64,000 nt of DNA from a virus, in the IMG/VR virus record IMGVR_UViG_3300035193_000030, positions 8,077-72,076 of that record; one strand, given 5' to 3'. Both the position numbers and the translations under genes were made by a program. Below the pieces are notes generated by a model that saw only the letters and a list, made by a program, of their open reading frames with translations, made no database searches and was not told the origin of the DNA. Shown one piece after another: positions 9,500 through 20,268 of the stretch (the first letter of the stretch is position 1; each line of letters starts with the position of its first letter).

Positions 9500-9890
9500 T
9501 ATACTGTTTTTATTATTTTTATTTTTATATATGATTTCTGGAAATATCATAAAAAAATATTTTGGATATATTGATGTTTATCATAGTCCTTATTTTTCAT
9601 TAATTTTTTACGGTGTATTAGCTATTTATATAGGGGTAAATAAATTAAAAGACAGCAAATATGCGATAAATGATTTATACAGGTATATTTTTAAAGGTAC
9701 TGGTTTATTTTTTATGTTTTATTTTATAACTGAAGGGATTGCGTTTTTTGATATAAAAAATTATGATAAATATATTCCAAAAACAAATCTATTTTTATCA
9801 GGAGGTTTGTTTATTATATGTTTATTTATATTGTTAACCTTTAAAATATGGAAACATGACAAAAAAAGAATGGGGAGACACAATGATTAA
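9477..9890 (+). CDS. Multi-pass membrane protein
   Basis: About four hydrophobic segments. Confidence 0.6.
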   Translation: MRIKAISDILFLLFLFLYMISGNIIKKYFGYIDVYHSPYFSLIFYGVLAIYIGVNKLKDSKYAINDLYRYIFKGTGLFFMFYFITEGIAFFDIKNYDKYIPKTNLFLSGGLFIICLFILLTFKIWKHDKKRMGRHND

Positions 9891-10179
9891 ATCATTAATT
9901 CCGGTAGCTCTATCAATGATGGCAACTATATTGGTTTTAGCTTTTAAAGCACCTTTCAATTTTAAAAATAATGTTGAAACAGCTATTGAAAAAAAAGCAG
10001 ATAAAACAGAGATTGAAAGGTTAGATAGAGAAAAAGTAGGGCATACTGAATTTAATGAATATAAAAAGACAGAGAGGGAGTTGACCGATTCAAGATTTGA
10101 GCGTATAGATCAAAAACTGGATTTAATTTTAATAAAAGACGGAATAAAAATACCCGAAAAATTAAAATATAAAGAATGA
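9856..10179 (+). CDS. Membrane-anchored coiled protein (holin/haemolysin-like lysis accessory)
   Basis: One TM helix plus RFERIDQKLDLIL C-terminus. Confidence 0.55.
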   Translation: MTKKEWGDTMIKSLIPVALSMMATILVLAFKAPFNFKNNVETAIEKKADKTEIERLDREKVGHTEFNEYKKTERELTDSRFERIDQKLDLILIKDGIKIPEKLKYKE

Positions 10180-10309
10180 AAATAATACTATATTGCTCGG
10201 ATAGTTCTTTTGGGAGTATTGAAGTATTTCAATACAGTGATTTTGAACCAAATAAACCATATTGTACAGGATTTATAAAAGAACAAATGAATAAATTCAA
10301 TAAAAGATC

Positions 10310-10864
10310 ATGAAAAAACTAGATTTCGAAACAGGTGACAGGTTTCTTATAAAAGGAAATGGATTCCTGGCCAAAGGCATACAAGTTTTTATGGAAAAAT
10401 ATTGTCGTGATAATGGTATTACATGTGATTGGATTGGAAACCATGCCGGTAGTATAGTGGTTGAAGATGATCATATTTGGATTTATGAAGCTGTAGCTGA
10501 AGGATATGTAAGACATGATTTTTCGACAGAATATGCCCATAAAAAAGGGTGGATTACTATGCGTAAAAAAGGTGGAATGACTGACAAAGAGAAAAAAAGA
10601 TATGCTAATAATGCCAGAAAATTGAAAGTTAAAGTTGTGAGTTACCAATTTTGGAATTTTCCACAGTGGATGGCTTATATTTTAAGTAGAGGAAAAATAG
10701 ATTTGTTTGGGTTGGGTGATGATTCATTTGTATACTGTTTTGAGGGGGAAGAGAGAAATTGTAATGCTTCATTTCCCGGACATTTTCCATTGCCTGAAAT
10801 GGCTACATGGCCTGATTTATATCTTGACCCGCTTTATGAAATAAATATTGATACTCGAAAATAA
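10310..10864 (+). CDS. Permuted papain-like (YiiX/YaeF NlpC/P60) amidase
   Basis: GD..L..G, NHAG (His) upstream of YEA and YCFE (Cys): permuted catalytic order. Confidence 0.75.
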   Translation: MKKLDFETGDRFLIKGNGFLAKGIQVFMEKYCRDNGITCDWIGNHAGSIVVEDDHIWIYEAVAEGYVRHDFSTEYAHKKGWITMRKKGGMTDKEKKRYANNARKLKVKVVSYQFWNFPQWMAYILSRGKIDLFGLGDDSFVYCFEGEERNCNASFPGHFPLPEMATWPDLYLDPLYEINIDTRK

Positions 10865-10887
10865 ATTATTAATTAAATTTTATAAAT

Positions 10888-11088
10888 ATGAAAACATTAA
10901 AAGAGTTTTGGAAATTTTTAGATGGTAAAAAAGCCATTATAGGGCTTATTGGTACTAACATCTTACAGATGGATTTAGATATTTATAAAACAATGAATCA
11001 CGATTTATATGTAATTTTATTGTGGTTATTTGGAGCATTAGCAGTTGGTGGTCTTGGCCATAAAGCAATTAAGGTAGTAAAAAAATAA
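10888..11088 (+). CDS. Small two-TM holin-like protein
   Basis: LDGKKAIIG...GALAVGGLGHK pattern of small phage holins. Confidence 0.55.
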   Translation: MKTLKEFWKFLDGKKAIIGLIGTNILQMDLDIYKTMNHDLYVILLWLFGALAVGGLGHKAIKVVKK

Positions 11089-11129
11089 AAAGGGTTATAT
11101 TTTTCCAACTCTTACTATAAATTACAGAT

Positions 11130-12536
11130 ATGGAAAAACAAGTAATTAGGGGAAGATCAGATACCCAAAAGAAAGATTCTCTAATCAAAGTATTTAATTC
11201 TTTGGTTACTAGAATGTCCCTAGCTGCTAGATTAGGGGCTCAGTATGGCACAAGTAGGGATTTATATGAAGCATTAGGTTACAAAACTGAATTGAAATAT
11301 GAAGATTATGCAACGGTATATATTCGTCAAGATATTGCAAAAGCTGTAATTGATCGACCTGCTGATGTTACTTGGCAAGGAAAATTAGAATTACAAGAAT
11401 CTACTAAGAAAGAAGATACAGAATTTGAAAAAGCGTGGGCAATATTAGAGGAAACCTTGATGCTAAAAGATAAATTTTGTAGGGTGGATAAATTAGTAGG
11501 AATAGGGACATATGCTGTTATTTTATTAGGGTTAGATGATGTGGCAAAGAGAGAGGATTTTATAAAACCTGTAAGTGGGGCGAAGAAAAAATTAAAGTAT
11601 ATAAAAGTGTATGGTGAAGGTAACGCAGAAATAGAAAAAAGTGAAGATAAAACTAATTCTGAACGATATGGAGAGCCTTTACTGTATAAACTGAAAACGT
11701 ATGATGTTAATTCAAAGACTACAAATGATATATTAGTACATCATTCTAGGGTTGTTCATATTGTAGATGATATATTAGAATCAGATATTCAAGGATCTTC
11801 CAGATTAGAATCTATTTACAATAGATTAATGGATTTGGAAAAGATTGTGGGAGGGGATGCTGAAATGTTTTGGAGAGGGGCAAGGCCAGGGTATGCTGGA
11901 GTGGCAGATAAAGAATTTACAATTTCAGATGAAGCAAAAGAAGATTTCATGGATCAGATAGATGAATATGAGCATAATTTGAGGAGAATATTAATTAGTG
12001 AAGGAATTGATCTAAAAACATTAACACAACAAATTGCTGACCCGATGAACCATGTAGATATACAAATTCAAATGATTTCTGCGGTAACCGGGATCCCCAA
12101 AAGAATATTGATGGGTAGTGAGCGAGGGGAATTATCCTCCCAACAAGATTCTGGTGAATGGAAGACATTTGTAAAAGGGCGAAGGGAAAGGCATGCTGAA
12201 AAACATATAATTCGCCCATTTGTAAATAAATGTCTTCAATATGGCATTCTTCCAAAACCTAGTTCTGGGAGATATTCTGTGAATTGGGATGATTTATTTT
12301 CTATGAGTGAAAAAGAGAAAGCAGATGTAGGAAGAACGAGGGCAACGGCTATTCGTGAATACACAGCGAACCCTAATGCAGAATATATCATTCCACCAGA
12401 AGCCTTTATGGAATTTTGTTTAGGATTAAATACTGAACAAAGGCAGGTAATTGAAAATATGATAACAGAACCAATGCGAGAAGAACGGAGAAATTTAGAA
12501 GAACAAGAGGAAATTGAAGAAGGGGACAATGAATAG
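11130..12536 (+). CDS. Portal protein (DUF1073-type)
   Basis: VHHSRVVH, GIPKRILMG, IIRPFV motifs; first head gene. Confidence 0.88.
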   Translation: MEKQVIRGRSDTQKKDSLIKVFNSLVTRMSLAARLGAQYGTSRDLYEALGYKTELKYEDYATVYIRQDIAKAVIDRPADVTWQGKLELQESTKKEDTEFEKAWAILEETLMLKDKFCRVDKLVGIGTYAVILLGLDDVAKREDFIKPVSGAKKKLKYIKVYGEGNAEIEKSEDKTNSERYGEPLLYKLKTYDVNSKTTNDILVHHSRVVHIVDDILESDIQGSSRLESIYNRLMDLEKIVGGDAEMFWRGARPGYAGVADKEFTISDEAKEDFMDQIDEYEHNLRRILISEGIDLKTLTQQIADPMNHVDIQIQMISAVTGIPKRILMGSERGELSSQQDSGEWKTFVKGRRERHAEKHIIRPFVNKCLQYGILPKPSSGRYSVNWDDLFSMSEKEKADVGRTRATAIREYTANPNAEYIIPPEAFMEFCLGLNTEQRQVIENMITEPMREERRNLEEQEEIEEGDNE

Positions 12537-13491
12537 AATTCAAACACATATTGAAAGAACGAAGCGGTATGATCCTACAAGAACAATTACATTGAGGAAC
12601 ATGTTTGCTAGAGATATGAAAAGACGTTTCAATGAATTGATTGTAGGAATTAATAAAGCTATTGTTCAGCAAGATGTTTTTGGATTGGTTAATAAGATAA
12701 ATATACAACAGGTTCAAATTCCGGGGCAGGGAGCTTTTGCATTTCCTAGAAATGATGCAAAATTAAGACAATTTATGAGATGGTTGCAAGAACAGGTGGA
12801 TAAGGGGCTTTTGGAAATAATAGAATTACAACAGGTAGGAACAGGAATTGCACCAGCTTGGACAAATAAATATGTATATGATTCATATAAGAGGGGGGTG
12901 ATGCGTGCTCGGTATGAAATGAAGAAAATAGGAATGAATATACCGGGAATAGAAGAAACTGGGGGAATTATAATAGCCTTATCTAATCCATTCCATATTG
13001 ATCGTTTAGGGGTATTATATACGAGAACTTTCATGGAATTAAAAGGTATTACAATACAAATGGATACACAGATAAGTAGAATATTAGCACAAGGATTAGC
13101 AGATGGAGATAATCCTAGATTATTAGCAAGAAAATTAATAGCAACTATTAATGGAAGTGGAATGGGTGATTTAGGAATAACAGATACATTGGGGAGGTTT
13201 ATTCCTGCTGCCCGTAGGGCTGAAATGTTAGCACGAACTGAAATAATAAGGGCTCATCATTTAGCTACTATTCAGGAATATAGAAATTGGGCAGTAGAAG
13301 GGGTTTTTGTGAAAGCAGAATGGGCGACAGCAGGTGATGAAAGAGTTTGTCCTAGATGTGCCCCTTTACAAGGAACTGTATGGACATTGGATCAAATAGA
13401 AAAAATGATTCCCTATCATCCTCAATGTAGATGTATTGCTTTACCTTTTATGCAATCATTAGTAACTAGAAAAGGAATATTAAACGAATAA
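12514..13491 (+). CDS. Head morphogenesis protein (SPP1 gp7/MuF family)
   Basis: RAEMLARTEIIRA, WATAGDERVCPRC, PYHPQCRC; start may be 12529. Confidence 0.92.
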   Translation: MKKGTMNRIQTHIERTKRYDPTRTITLRNMFARDMKRRFNELIVGINKAIVQQDVFGLVNKINIQQVQIPGQGAFAFPRNDAKLRQFMRWLQEQVDKGLLEIIELQQVGTGIAPAWTNKYVYDSYKRGVMRARYEMKKIGMNIPGIEETGGIIIALSNPFHIDRLGVLYTRTFMELKGITIQMDTQISRILAQGLADGDNPRLLARKLIATINGSGMGDLGITDTLGRFIPAARRAEMLARTEIIRAHHLATIQEYRNWAVEGVFVKAEWATAGDERVCPRCAPLQGTVWTLDQIEKMIPYHPQCRCIALPFMQSLVTRKGILNE

Positions 13492-13503
13492 ATATAAAAA
13501 GAT

Positions 13504-15117
13504 ATGCCTTGGAGTGTAAGAGATGTAGATAGGTTCAAGAAAGGGCTTACTGCAAAACAAAAAAGACAATGGGTAGCTATTGCAAATACAACCCTTGCAA
13601 AATGTAAACAAAAAGGAGGAACGGAGGAATCTTGCGCTGCTTCTGCGATAAGACAAGCTAATGGGATTACGGGAAATATGGCAATGGATGTTCATACTGT
13701 AAGTAATGAAGGATATACAATAAGAGAGGAAAGACATCAGGGAAGAACTTTTATAGTTGTCCCAGTTGTTATGATGGTAGAAGGAGTACATAATGGAAGT
13801 GCAGGCCCTATTTTCCATTCAATTGAAGAATTAGGAAAAATACCGGGTTCGTGGAATGGGATTCCCATTACAATAGATCACCCACAAATAGAAGATACAT
13901 ATGTGTCTGCCAATATACCTATATTAATAGATACAAGAACAGTAGGAAGGGTATACAATACATATGTTGAAGATGATAAATTAAAAGCGGAGGCTTGGAT
14001 CGATGTTGAACAGATAACACAAATATCCCCTGAGACTTTAGTGCAGATAAGAGAAGGTCAGATATTAGAAGTTAGTGTTGGTGTTTTTACAGATGATGAA
14101 GAAGTAGAAAATGAAAATTGGAATGGGGAATCATATAATGCTATTGCCAGAAATCATAGACCTGATCATCTTGCTCTTCTGCCCGGCGGAGTAGGGGCAT
14201 GTTCTGTGGATGATGGATGTGGCATTCGTAATAACAATAAAAGGAAAGGAGGTAGTAAAGTGGAAAATAATTCCATTGAGTTGATTAAAAATTTGAAGAA
14301 AGATGATTCTTGGTATTTAGAAAATATCATTAGTAATCTTTCTCAAGGGTTGGTGGGGAGGCTTGATAATTTACGCAGAAAAATAGATAGTCTTGATACG
14401 ACGGATGTTGTCCATTATTTGCGAGAAGCTTTTGATGATTATATAATCTATGAAACAAGCATGAGAGTAGGGGGGAGTAAATTGTATAGACAAGCCTATA
14501 CGATTGAAGATAATGGAAATGTTGTGTTTGTAGGTGAATCTGAGGAAGTATACAAGAAAGTGGAATATCTAAAAGTACAAAACAATGTGATTAGATTTAA
14601 TACTAATAAAAAGGAGGTTAAACGTATGAGTGAAAAACCAAAATGTCCTTCTTGTAAAGAGAAAATAGATAAATTAGTTGCAAATAATAGCAGCAAGTTT
14701 ATTGAAGAGGACAGGGAATGGCTTGAGACTTTGGAGGAAGCTAATTTGGACAAGATAATAGAAGCTTCCAAAGTTGAGAAAAAAGAAGAAAAACCTGTAA
14801 AAACTAATTCAGAAAAAATTAACGTTCTTTCTGATGAAGACAAGGCTGCTTTGGAGTATGGGAAACGTCAATTAAAAGAACGTAGAGAAAAATATGTAAA
14901 AGGCATCCAAGATAATGCAGGAAAAGAACTCTGGCCAGATGATCAATTGGCTACTATGTCGGATAATATGCTGGAAAGACTTTACAATTCAGTAGTGAAG
15001 GAGGAACAAGAAATTGAACAGGTAGACTATTCATTGAATAGTGTAGGCATTTCCAGGATACAATCTAATGAATTTGAACCATTGTACCCAACTGGGGTAG
15101 AAGTTGAAACAAAATAA
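13504..15117 (+). CDS. DUF2213-type prohead protease/scaffold with N-terminal ChaB-like segment
   Basis: PITIDHP, EVSVG, DHLALL..GVGACS; charged coiled C-terminus. Confidence 0.8.
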   Translation: MPWSVRDVDRFKKGLTAKQKRQWVAIANTTLAKCKQKGGTEESCAASAIRQANGITGNMAMDVHTVSNEGYTIREERHQGRTFIVVPVVMMVEGVHNGSAGPIFHSIEELGKIPGSWNGIPITIDHPQIEDTYVSANIPILIDTRTVGRVYNTYVEDDKLKAEAWIDVEQITQISPETLVQIREGQILEVSVGVFTDDEEVENENWNGESYNAIARNHRPDHLALLPGGVGACSVDDGCGIRNNNKRKGGSKVENNSIELIKNLKKDDSWYLENIISNLSQGLVGRLDNLRRKIDSLDTTDVVHYLREAFDDYIIYETSMRVGGSKLYRQAYTIEDNGNVVFVGESEEVYKKVEYLKVQNNVIRFNTNKKEVKRMSEKPKCPSCKEKIDKLVANNSSKFIEEDREWLETLEEANLDKIIEASKVEKKEEKPVKTNSEKINVLSDEDKAALEYGKRQLKERREKYVKGIQDNAGKELWPDDQLATMSDNMLERLYNSVVKEEQEIEQVDYSLNSVGISRIQSNEFEPLYPTGVEVETK

Positions 15118-15132
15118 AAGGAAGGAGAAATA

Positions 15133-15633
15133 ATGTCGTACAATACAGTAAAATTAAAAAAGTATTCTAATGTAATTGAGGAATACGCAGCGGCAGCATC
15201 AATTACTCCAGGTATGTTACTTGAACTCACAAGTTCTGATACGGTGCAAGCACATTCTGCTCAGGGAAGAAATATATTACCTATGTTTGCACTAGAAGAT
15301 GAATTACAAGGTAATGGACTTGAGGATAATTATGTTGCAGGGGATAAAGTGCAGGTATGGATCCCTAATAGAGGGGATCAGGTTTATGCTGTTCTTGTTG
15401 ATGGGGAAAATATTGCTATAGGTGATTTTCTTGAATCTAATGGGGATGGCGCTCTTAGAAAACACGTTCCTGATAGTTGGGAATCGGCAGAGGATCAAGT
15501 AGCAAATACAATCTACCAAAATGCCATTGTTGGAGTAGCGGTGGAAGCTAAAGATTTATCTGATTCTAGTGGGGTAGATTCTAGTGTAGGTGTATTAGGG
15601 TATAATAAACGAATAGCTGTAAGAATTTATTAA
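15133..15633 (+). CDS. Head decoration/cement protein
   Basis: Between scaffold and MCP; ITPGMLLE, GENIAIGDFLESNGDG; strong SD. Confidence 0.75.
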   Translation: MSYNTVKLKKYSNVIEEYAAAASITPGMLLELTSSDTVQAHSAQGRNILPMFALEDELQGNGLEDNYVAGDKVQVWIPNRGDQVYAVLVDGENIAIGDFLESNGDGALRKHVPDSWESAEDQVANTIYQNAIVGVAVEAKDLSDSSGVDSSVGVLGYNKRIAVRIY

Positions 15634-15653
15634 AATAAGAAAGGAGAAAAATT

Positions 15654-16793
15654 ATGCCAGATGCAATTGTTGATCTGATTTCCTCAAGTGGGAAAGAAGC
15701 AAGAGGAGAAATCGCTAATGGAATTGTTATGAGTGGGAGGTTAAATGCAGGAATGATGCGTCCATATTTAGCGGTTAACTCCAGGGGATTAATTGTTCCA
15801 TGTGTGACTGTTTTTAAAGGAGGGGATCCTAAGAACCCCAAAAATTATGTCACAAAACAAATACAAGCTAATGCCACTCTTCGTAGAGATGAGTGGAAAC
15901 AGTTAGATGATGCCATAATGGAAGTATCTCGTCAGCGTTTAGGAGGGATTGATGATTTAATTAGTAAAGGATTAACGTATAATCTCGGAAATGCGATGGG
16001 GACTACTGTGCTTGAATGGCATGACGTAGATGATCCTGGTGAGGCTGTACTTACAATGGATGGTGTTACTAGAGGGAAAAATGACAGGCCTAATTTCCAA
16101 CATAATTATTTACCAATTCCTATAATCCATTCTGATTATGAAATTAATGCAAGGGTTTTAGCTGCTTCACGGAATATGGGGAATCCATTGGATACTACAT
16201 TGGCTGAAAGAGCAGCAAGAAGGGTAAATGAAAAGTTGGAAGATATGTTATTTACAAATACTTCTTACAGTTTTGGTGAGAAAGATTCTCGTGAAGTAAA
16301 TACAATCTATAGTTATATTAATTTCCCAGATCGTAATACTGTTACATTAAGTACAAATTGGGATGATCTTGATTTTGATTCATCTACAGCCAATGGAGGA
16401 GGAACAATAGTAGAAAATGTAATGGATATGAAACAAGCGTCTATAGATGATTACCATTATGGACCTTGGATGTTATACATTCCTACAAATTATGAAACAA
16501 CATTGGATAAAGACTATGATCGAACTACTCCAGGTACGACAATTCGTGAAAGGATTATGAAAATTGATGGTATTACTGGAATTAAGGTGATAGATCGTTT
16601 ACCTGCTGATAATGTATTATTAGTACAGATGACTAGCGATGTTGTTCGTTTAGTTCGTGGAATGGGCTTAACAAATATTGAATGGCAAGAAGAAGGAAGA
16701 TTTGTTAGTAAATATAAAGTTCTTACTATACAAGTCCCACAGATTCGTTCTGATCAGAATAAAAGATGTGGTATTGTTCATCTTGCAGCTTAA
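15654..16793 (+). CDS. Major capsid protein (HK97 fold, encapsulin/linocin-like type)
   Basis: ATLRRDEWKQLD, LPIPIIHSDY, GPWMLYIP motifs; size and position; strong SD. Confidence 0.85.
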   Translation: MPDAIVDLISSSGKEARGEIANGIVMSGRLNAGMMRPYLAVNSRGLIVPCVTVFKGGDPKNPKNYVTKQIQANATLRRDEWKQLDDAIMEVSRQRLGGIDDLISKGLTYNLGNAMGTTVLEWHDVDDPGEAVLTMDGVTRGKNDRPNFQHNYLPIPIIHSDYEINARVLAASRNMGNPLDTTLAERAARRVNEKLEDMLFTNTSYSFGEKDSREVNTIYSYINFPDRNTVTLSTNWDDLDFDSSTANGGGTIVENVMDMKQASIDDYHYGPWMLYIPTNYETTLDKDYDRTTPGTTIRERIMKIDGITGIKVIDRLPADNVLLVQMTSDVVRLVRGMGLTNIEWQEEGRFVSKYKVLTIQVPQIRSDQNKRCGIVHLAA

Positions 16794-16797
16794 TATA

Positions 16798-16825
16798 AAA
16801 ACACTAATCATGTGTTTTATTTTTT
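16798..16825 (+). terminator. Hairpin plus T-tract after MCP
   Basis: aaaacac-taatcat-gtgtttt followed by T-rich run. Confidence 0.5.
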
Positions 16826-16848
16826 ATATAATTTAAAAAAGAATAATC

Positions 16849-17172
16849 ATGGAAGATCAAAAAAGACTTTGGAAAAAAGTAGGAGGGGGTTCATTTCGTT
16901 TAGGAAAGCGAATTATCAAACCTAATGAAAAATTTTATGCTGAGGAACATGAAATTCCAAAAGCATTTCGTGATGTTATTATTCCATTAGATGGTGAACC
17001 AACTCCAAAAATTGACATTAAAAAAGTTAAGGAACAGAAGCATAAATATAAAATGGAGGAAACAAATAGAAAAGGGTATGTTCACATTGTAGATAATAAT
17101 GGAAAACAAATAAGTGAAAAACCTATTAAAGAAGAGGAAGCAGAAAAATTAATTACAGATTTGGAGGAATAA
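16849..17172 (+). CDS. Hypothetical head-associated protein
   Basis: Position after MCP. Confidence 0.6.
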   Translation: MEDQKRLWKKVGGGSFRLGKRIIKPNEKFYAEEHEIPKAFRDVIIPLDGEPTPKIDIKKVKEQKHKYKMEETNRKGYVHIVDNNGKQISEKPIKEEEAEKLITDLEE

Positions 17173-17177
17173 AAAAA

Positions 17178-17870
17178 ATGCTTTGGCAAGTTCCTAAAAT
17201 ATGGCAGGATGGGGAAGTATGGATTATTGGGGGAGGCCCAAGTATTTTTAAACAATTTGAAATACCGGAAGAGGTAGTTCAGAAGGTTATAAATAAGGAA
17301 GCTTCTCCTGAAATATACTCCCCGTACATGTCATCAATTCACAATAAGCATGTAATTGGTGTAAATGTTGCTTTTAAGATTGGACAATGGATTGATATGG
17401 TTTTTTTCGGTGATAGTAGTTTTTTATTAAGATACGAAAAAGGGTTGGCAGAATTTCCTGGTTTGGTAATTAGTTGCCATCCAAGAGTTGACAGGTATGG
17501 ATGGATAAAACATACAGCAAGGGATAATAATAAAAGGTATGGATTGACAAATAATCCTAAAAAAGTTTGTTGGAATGGGAATAGTGGAGGGGCCGCAATT
17601 AATTTAGCTGTTCATACAGGTGTTAAGAGAATTGTCTTACTTGGATTTGATATGGTATTGGACGAAACTAAGAAACAACATTGGCATTCTGAATACCCAC
17701 AGAGAGTAGGAAAAAAAAACAGACCTGTCCCATTGCCATTTAATAGGCACCTGAAAGGTTTCCCTCAGATTGCAAAGGACGCAAGAATGATGGGAATTGA
17801 AATATTAAATTGTTCTGGAATTAGTGCTATAAAAGATTTTAAACGAGTTAATTTAAAAGATTTGGTATGA
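17178..17870 (+). CDS. Maf/MptE-like (MAF_flag10) glycosyltransferase
   Basis: IIGGGPS, IGVN, NSG..AINLA...G..RIVLLGFDM. Confidence 0.75.
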   Translation: MLWQVPKIWQDGEVWIIGGGPSIFKQFEIPEEVVQKVINKEASPEIYSPYMSSIHNKHVIGVNVAFKIGQWIDMVFFGDSSFLLRYEKGLAEFPGLVISCHPRVDRYGWIKHTARDNNKRYGLTNNPKKVCWNGNSGGAAINLAVHTGVKRIVLLGFDMVLDETKKQHWHSEYPQRVGKKNRPVPLPFNRHLKGFPQIAKDARMMGIEILNCSGISAIKDFKRVNLKDLV

Positions 17871-18637
17871 ATGTCGTAAAGTTAATGGGAGGAATGGGGA
17901 ACCAATTATTTCAATATGCCTTTGCGGAAAGACAACGTAGAAATGGTTTAACTGTATGTTTTGATGATTCTTGGTATTATTTGAAGAAAGCACCGTTAGA
18001 TCGCCCGTATGTTTTGGATAAATTTAATTTGGATGTTGATATTATCGGATTTGATGAAGCATTAAATACGATAATAGAGCAAGGACTTAATTTTGAATAT
18101 CTTACAGCACAAGGGTATAATTTTAGAGGGTATTGGCAGTATCTCCCTTATTACAAAGATATGATTCCGGAATTACAAGAAATGTTTACGGTCAAAGAAG
18201 AATTTCTAACTAAAGATTATTATGAAAAGTTAAAATTATTTGATAAGAAGATAATAGGGATGCACGTTAGAAGAGGGGATTATACATCTAAAAAACTGAC
18301 TTTGAGTATTTTTTACTATAAACAGGCTTTAGAAATTTTGAAAGCATTAGTACATTATGATGATATAATTATTTTTAGTGATGATTACGATTTCTGCAAA
18401 AGGAATTTTCCTGATTATATCTGTCTTAGTGGGAAGAAAGATTATCTTGATTTTGAGTTGATGAAACATTGTACACATAACATAATATCAAATAGTACGT
18501 TCAGTTGGTGGGGTGCTATTTTAAATAAAAATAAAGGGAAAAAGGTTATTGCTCCAAAAGTTTGGGTCGTTCCAAAAGGACAAGAAAAATTATATAACCC
18601 CAATAATCATTATCCAGAAGATTGGATTTTAATATAA
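17867..18637 (+). CDS. GT11 alpha-1,2-fucosyltransferase-like protein
   Basis: GGMGNQLFQYA, GYWQ, HVRRGDY, FSDD, IISNSTFSWWGA. Confidence 0.92.
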   Translation: MNVVKLMGGMGNQLFQYAFAERQRRNGLTVCFDDSWYYLKKAPLDRPYVLDKFNLDVDIIGFDEALNTIIEQGLNFEYLTAQGYNFRGYWQYLPYYKDMIPELQEMFTVKEEFLTKDYYEKLKLFDKKIIGMHVRRGDYTSKKLTLSIFYYKQALEILKALVHYDDIIIFSDDYDFCKRNFPDYICLSGKKDYLDFELMKHCTHNIISNSTFSWWGAILNKNKGKKVIAPKVWVVPKGQEKLYNPNNHYPEDWILI

Positions 18638-18643
18638 TTTAAT

Positions 18644-19393
18644 ATGAGAGAATTTGATATTTTAATAACAACAGCACCGAAGGATTATAATAAATTACCG
18701 TTTGTTATAGATTCTGTACGTAAAAATATATGTGGGTTTGATACGATATATTGTGTATCCCCTACTGAGATAAAAAGGGAAAATAAGTTGGAAGGAGTAG
18801 TGTATGTGCTTGATTCTGATTTTGTATCTTTTGATTATTCAAAATTAATAAATAAGAAAAGAAAAGGATGGTACACACAGCAATTTATAAAATTATTCCA
18901 ATGGATTACAAATGATAATTATCTTGTAATTGATTCAGATGCAATTATTTTGAAACCTTTATCAATTTTTAACAGACAAGGGATGCCCTACTTCTTTTTA
19001 GGGGAAGATCAAAAACATCTGCCTTATTTTGACTTTATGAGGCAAATGTTTGGTTTTGGGAGAACGTTTGATCATTCATTTATTAATGAGATAATGTTTT
19101 TTAAAAGAGAATATATTATAGATATGGTCAATTCTATAGGAATGGGGGTAATTGATTTTATGGATAAATCAATTGATCTGATTAATAAAATAAATCACAA
19201 GACATCTAGTTTTTCTGAGTATGAAACTTATGGAAATTGGATTGTTGAGAATAAACCTGAATCTTATGATTTTAAAGTCCTTAAATGCAAGACGATGGGA
19301 AAATCAAGTCAGTATTCAATTACTGATATAGAACGACTTATTAAACAGTATAAAAAGGATTATGATAAATTAAGTTTACATACATGGCTATAA
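18644..19393 (+). CDS. GT-A-fold glycosyltransferase (DUF6492-like)
   Basis: GWYTQQFIKL, LVIDSD (DxD), FSEYETYG. Confidence 0.7.
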   Translation: MREFDILITTAPKDYNKLPFVIDSVRKNICGFDTIYCVSPTEIKRENKLEGVVYVLDSDFVSFDYSKLINKKRKGWYTQQFIKLFQWITNDNYLVIDSDAIILKPLSIFNRQGMPYFFLGEDQKHLPYFDFMRQMFGFGRTFDHSFINEIMFFKREYIIDMVNSIGMGVIDFMDKSIDLINKINHKTSSFSEYETYGNWIVENKPESYDFKVLKCKTMGKSSQYSITDIERLIKQYKKDYDKLSLHTWL

Positions 19394-20268
19394 ATATTGT
19401 TTTATTTCATTTAGGAAAGAAATTACCTGAATACTTAGAGTGTACTTTTAAGCAATTGCGATTATTCAATACAAATGCAATCGTATGGTTTCTTACAGAT
19501 GAGAAGCATATGTCTTGTTCATTATTTGAAAAGTATAATATAAATGTTGAAAATGCAGAAGATTATTATACTGATTATATTCCGTTGTTTGAAAAATTGT
19601 ACAAAAGAAAACATAATGATTTTTGGAATATAACGGCTGTTAGATTTTTCTATATACAGAAGTTTTTAGAAGTGAAAGGTATTAGAAATGTATATCATTT
19701 TGAGAATGATGTATTGATTTACTATTCTTTTGATGAACACCATGAAAAGTTTATGAATCTATATGATACTTTGGCTATTACTGTGGGAGGTGAAGATAAG
19801 GCAATGACTGGATTAATGTACATAGATGGGTGGGCTTCGTTATTCTGGTTAACTCATTTTTTTATACGTTCATTGAAATTATACGGGAAGGAAGGAATAA
19901 AAAACGTATTTGATTTAGATATGGTAAATGAAATGACATTGATACGAGCTTTTATGAAAGTTTCCCCCGAACAAATAAAGTCTATCCCAACAAATCCAGT
20001 AGGAAATAATCCTACAATATTCAATTCAGTATTTGACCCCGCTAGTTGGGGTCAATTTGTAGGAGGAACAACAGATAAATTGCCTGGGGCTAAACCAGAA
20101 GATCATTATATTGGTCAAATGCTTAGAAAATGTCCTGAATATACAGTGATTTGGAAAAAAGATGAAGAAAATAGAAAAGTTCCATATTTTAAATGGGATG
20201 ACCAAGAAATAAAAATTAACAATTTACATATTCATTCAAAGGAATTACATAAATATATGAGTGTATGA
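19384..20268 (+). CDS. Putative glycosyltransferase
   Basis: FW..TAVRFF, HFENDV, NEM, FDPASWGQFVGG, NLHIHSK motifs. Confidence 0.6.
   Translation: MAINIVLFHLGKKLPEYLECTFKQLRLFNTNAIVWFLTDEKHMSCSLFEKYNINVENAEDYYTDYIPLFEKLYKRKHNDFWNITAVRFFYIQKFLEVKGIRNVYHFENDVLIYYSFDEHHEKFMNLYDTLAITVGGEDKAMTGLMYIDGWASLFWLTHFFIRSLKLYGKEGIKNVFDLDMVNEMTLIRAFMKVSPEQIKSIPTNPVGNNPTIFNSVFDPASWGQFVGGTTDKLPGAKPEDHYIGQMLRKCPEYTVIWKKDEENRKVPYFKWDDQEIKINNLHIHSKELHKYMSV

Noticed and set aside
11130-12536. Anti-defence annotation sometimes attached to DUF1073 proteins
   Set aside because: Position, size and motifs fit a portal; no appended nuclease domain is visible
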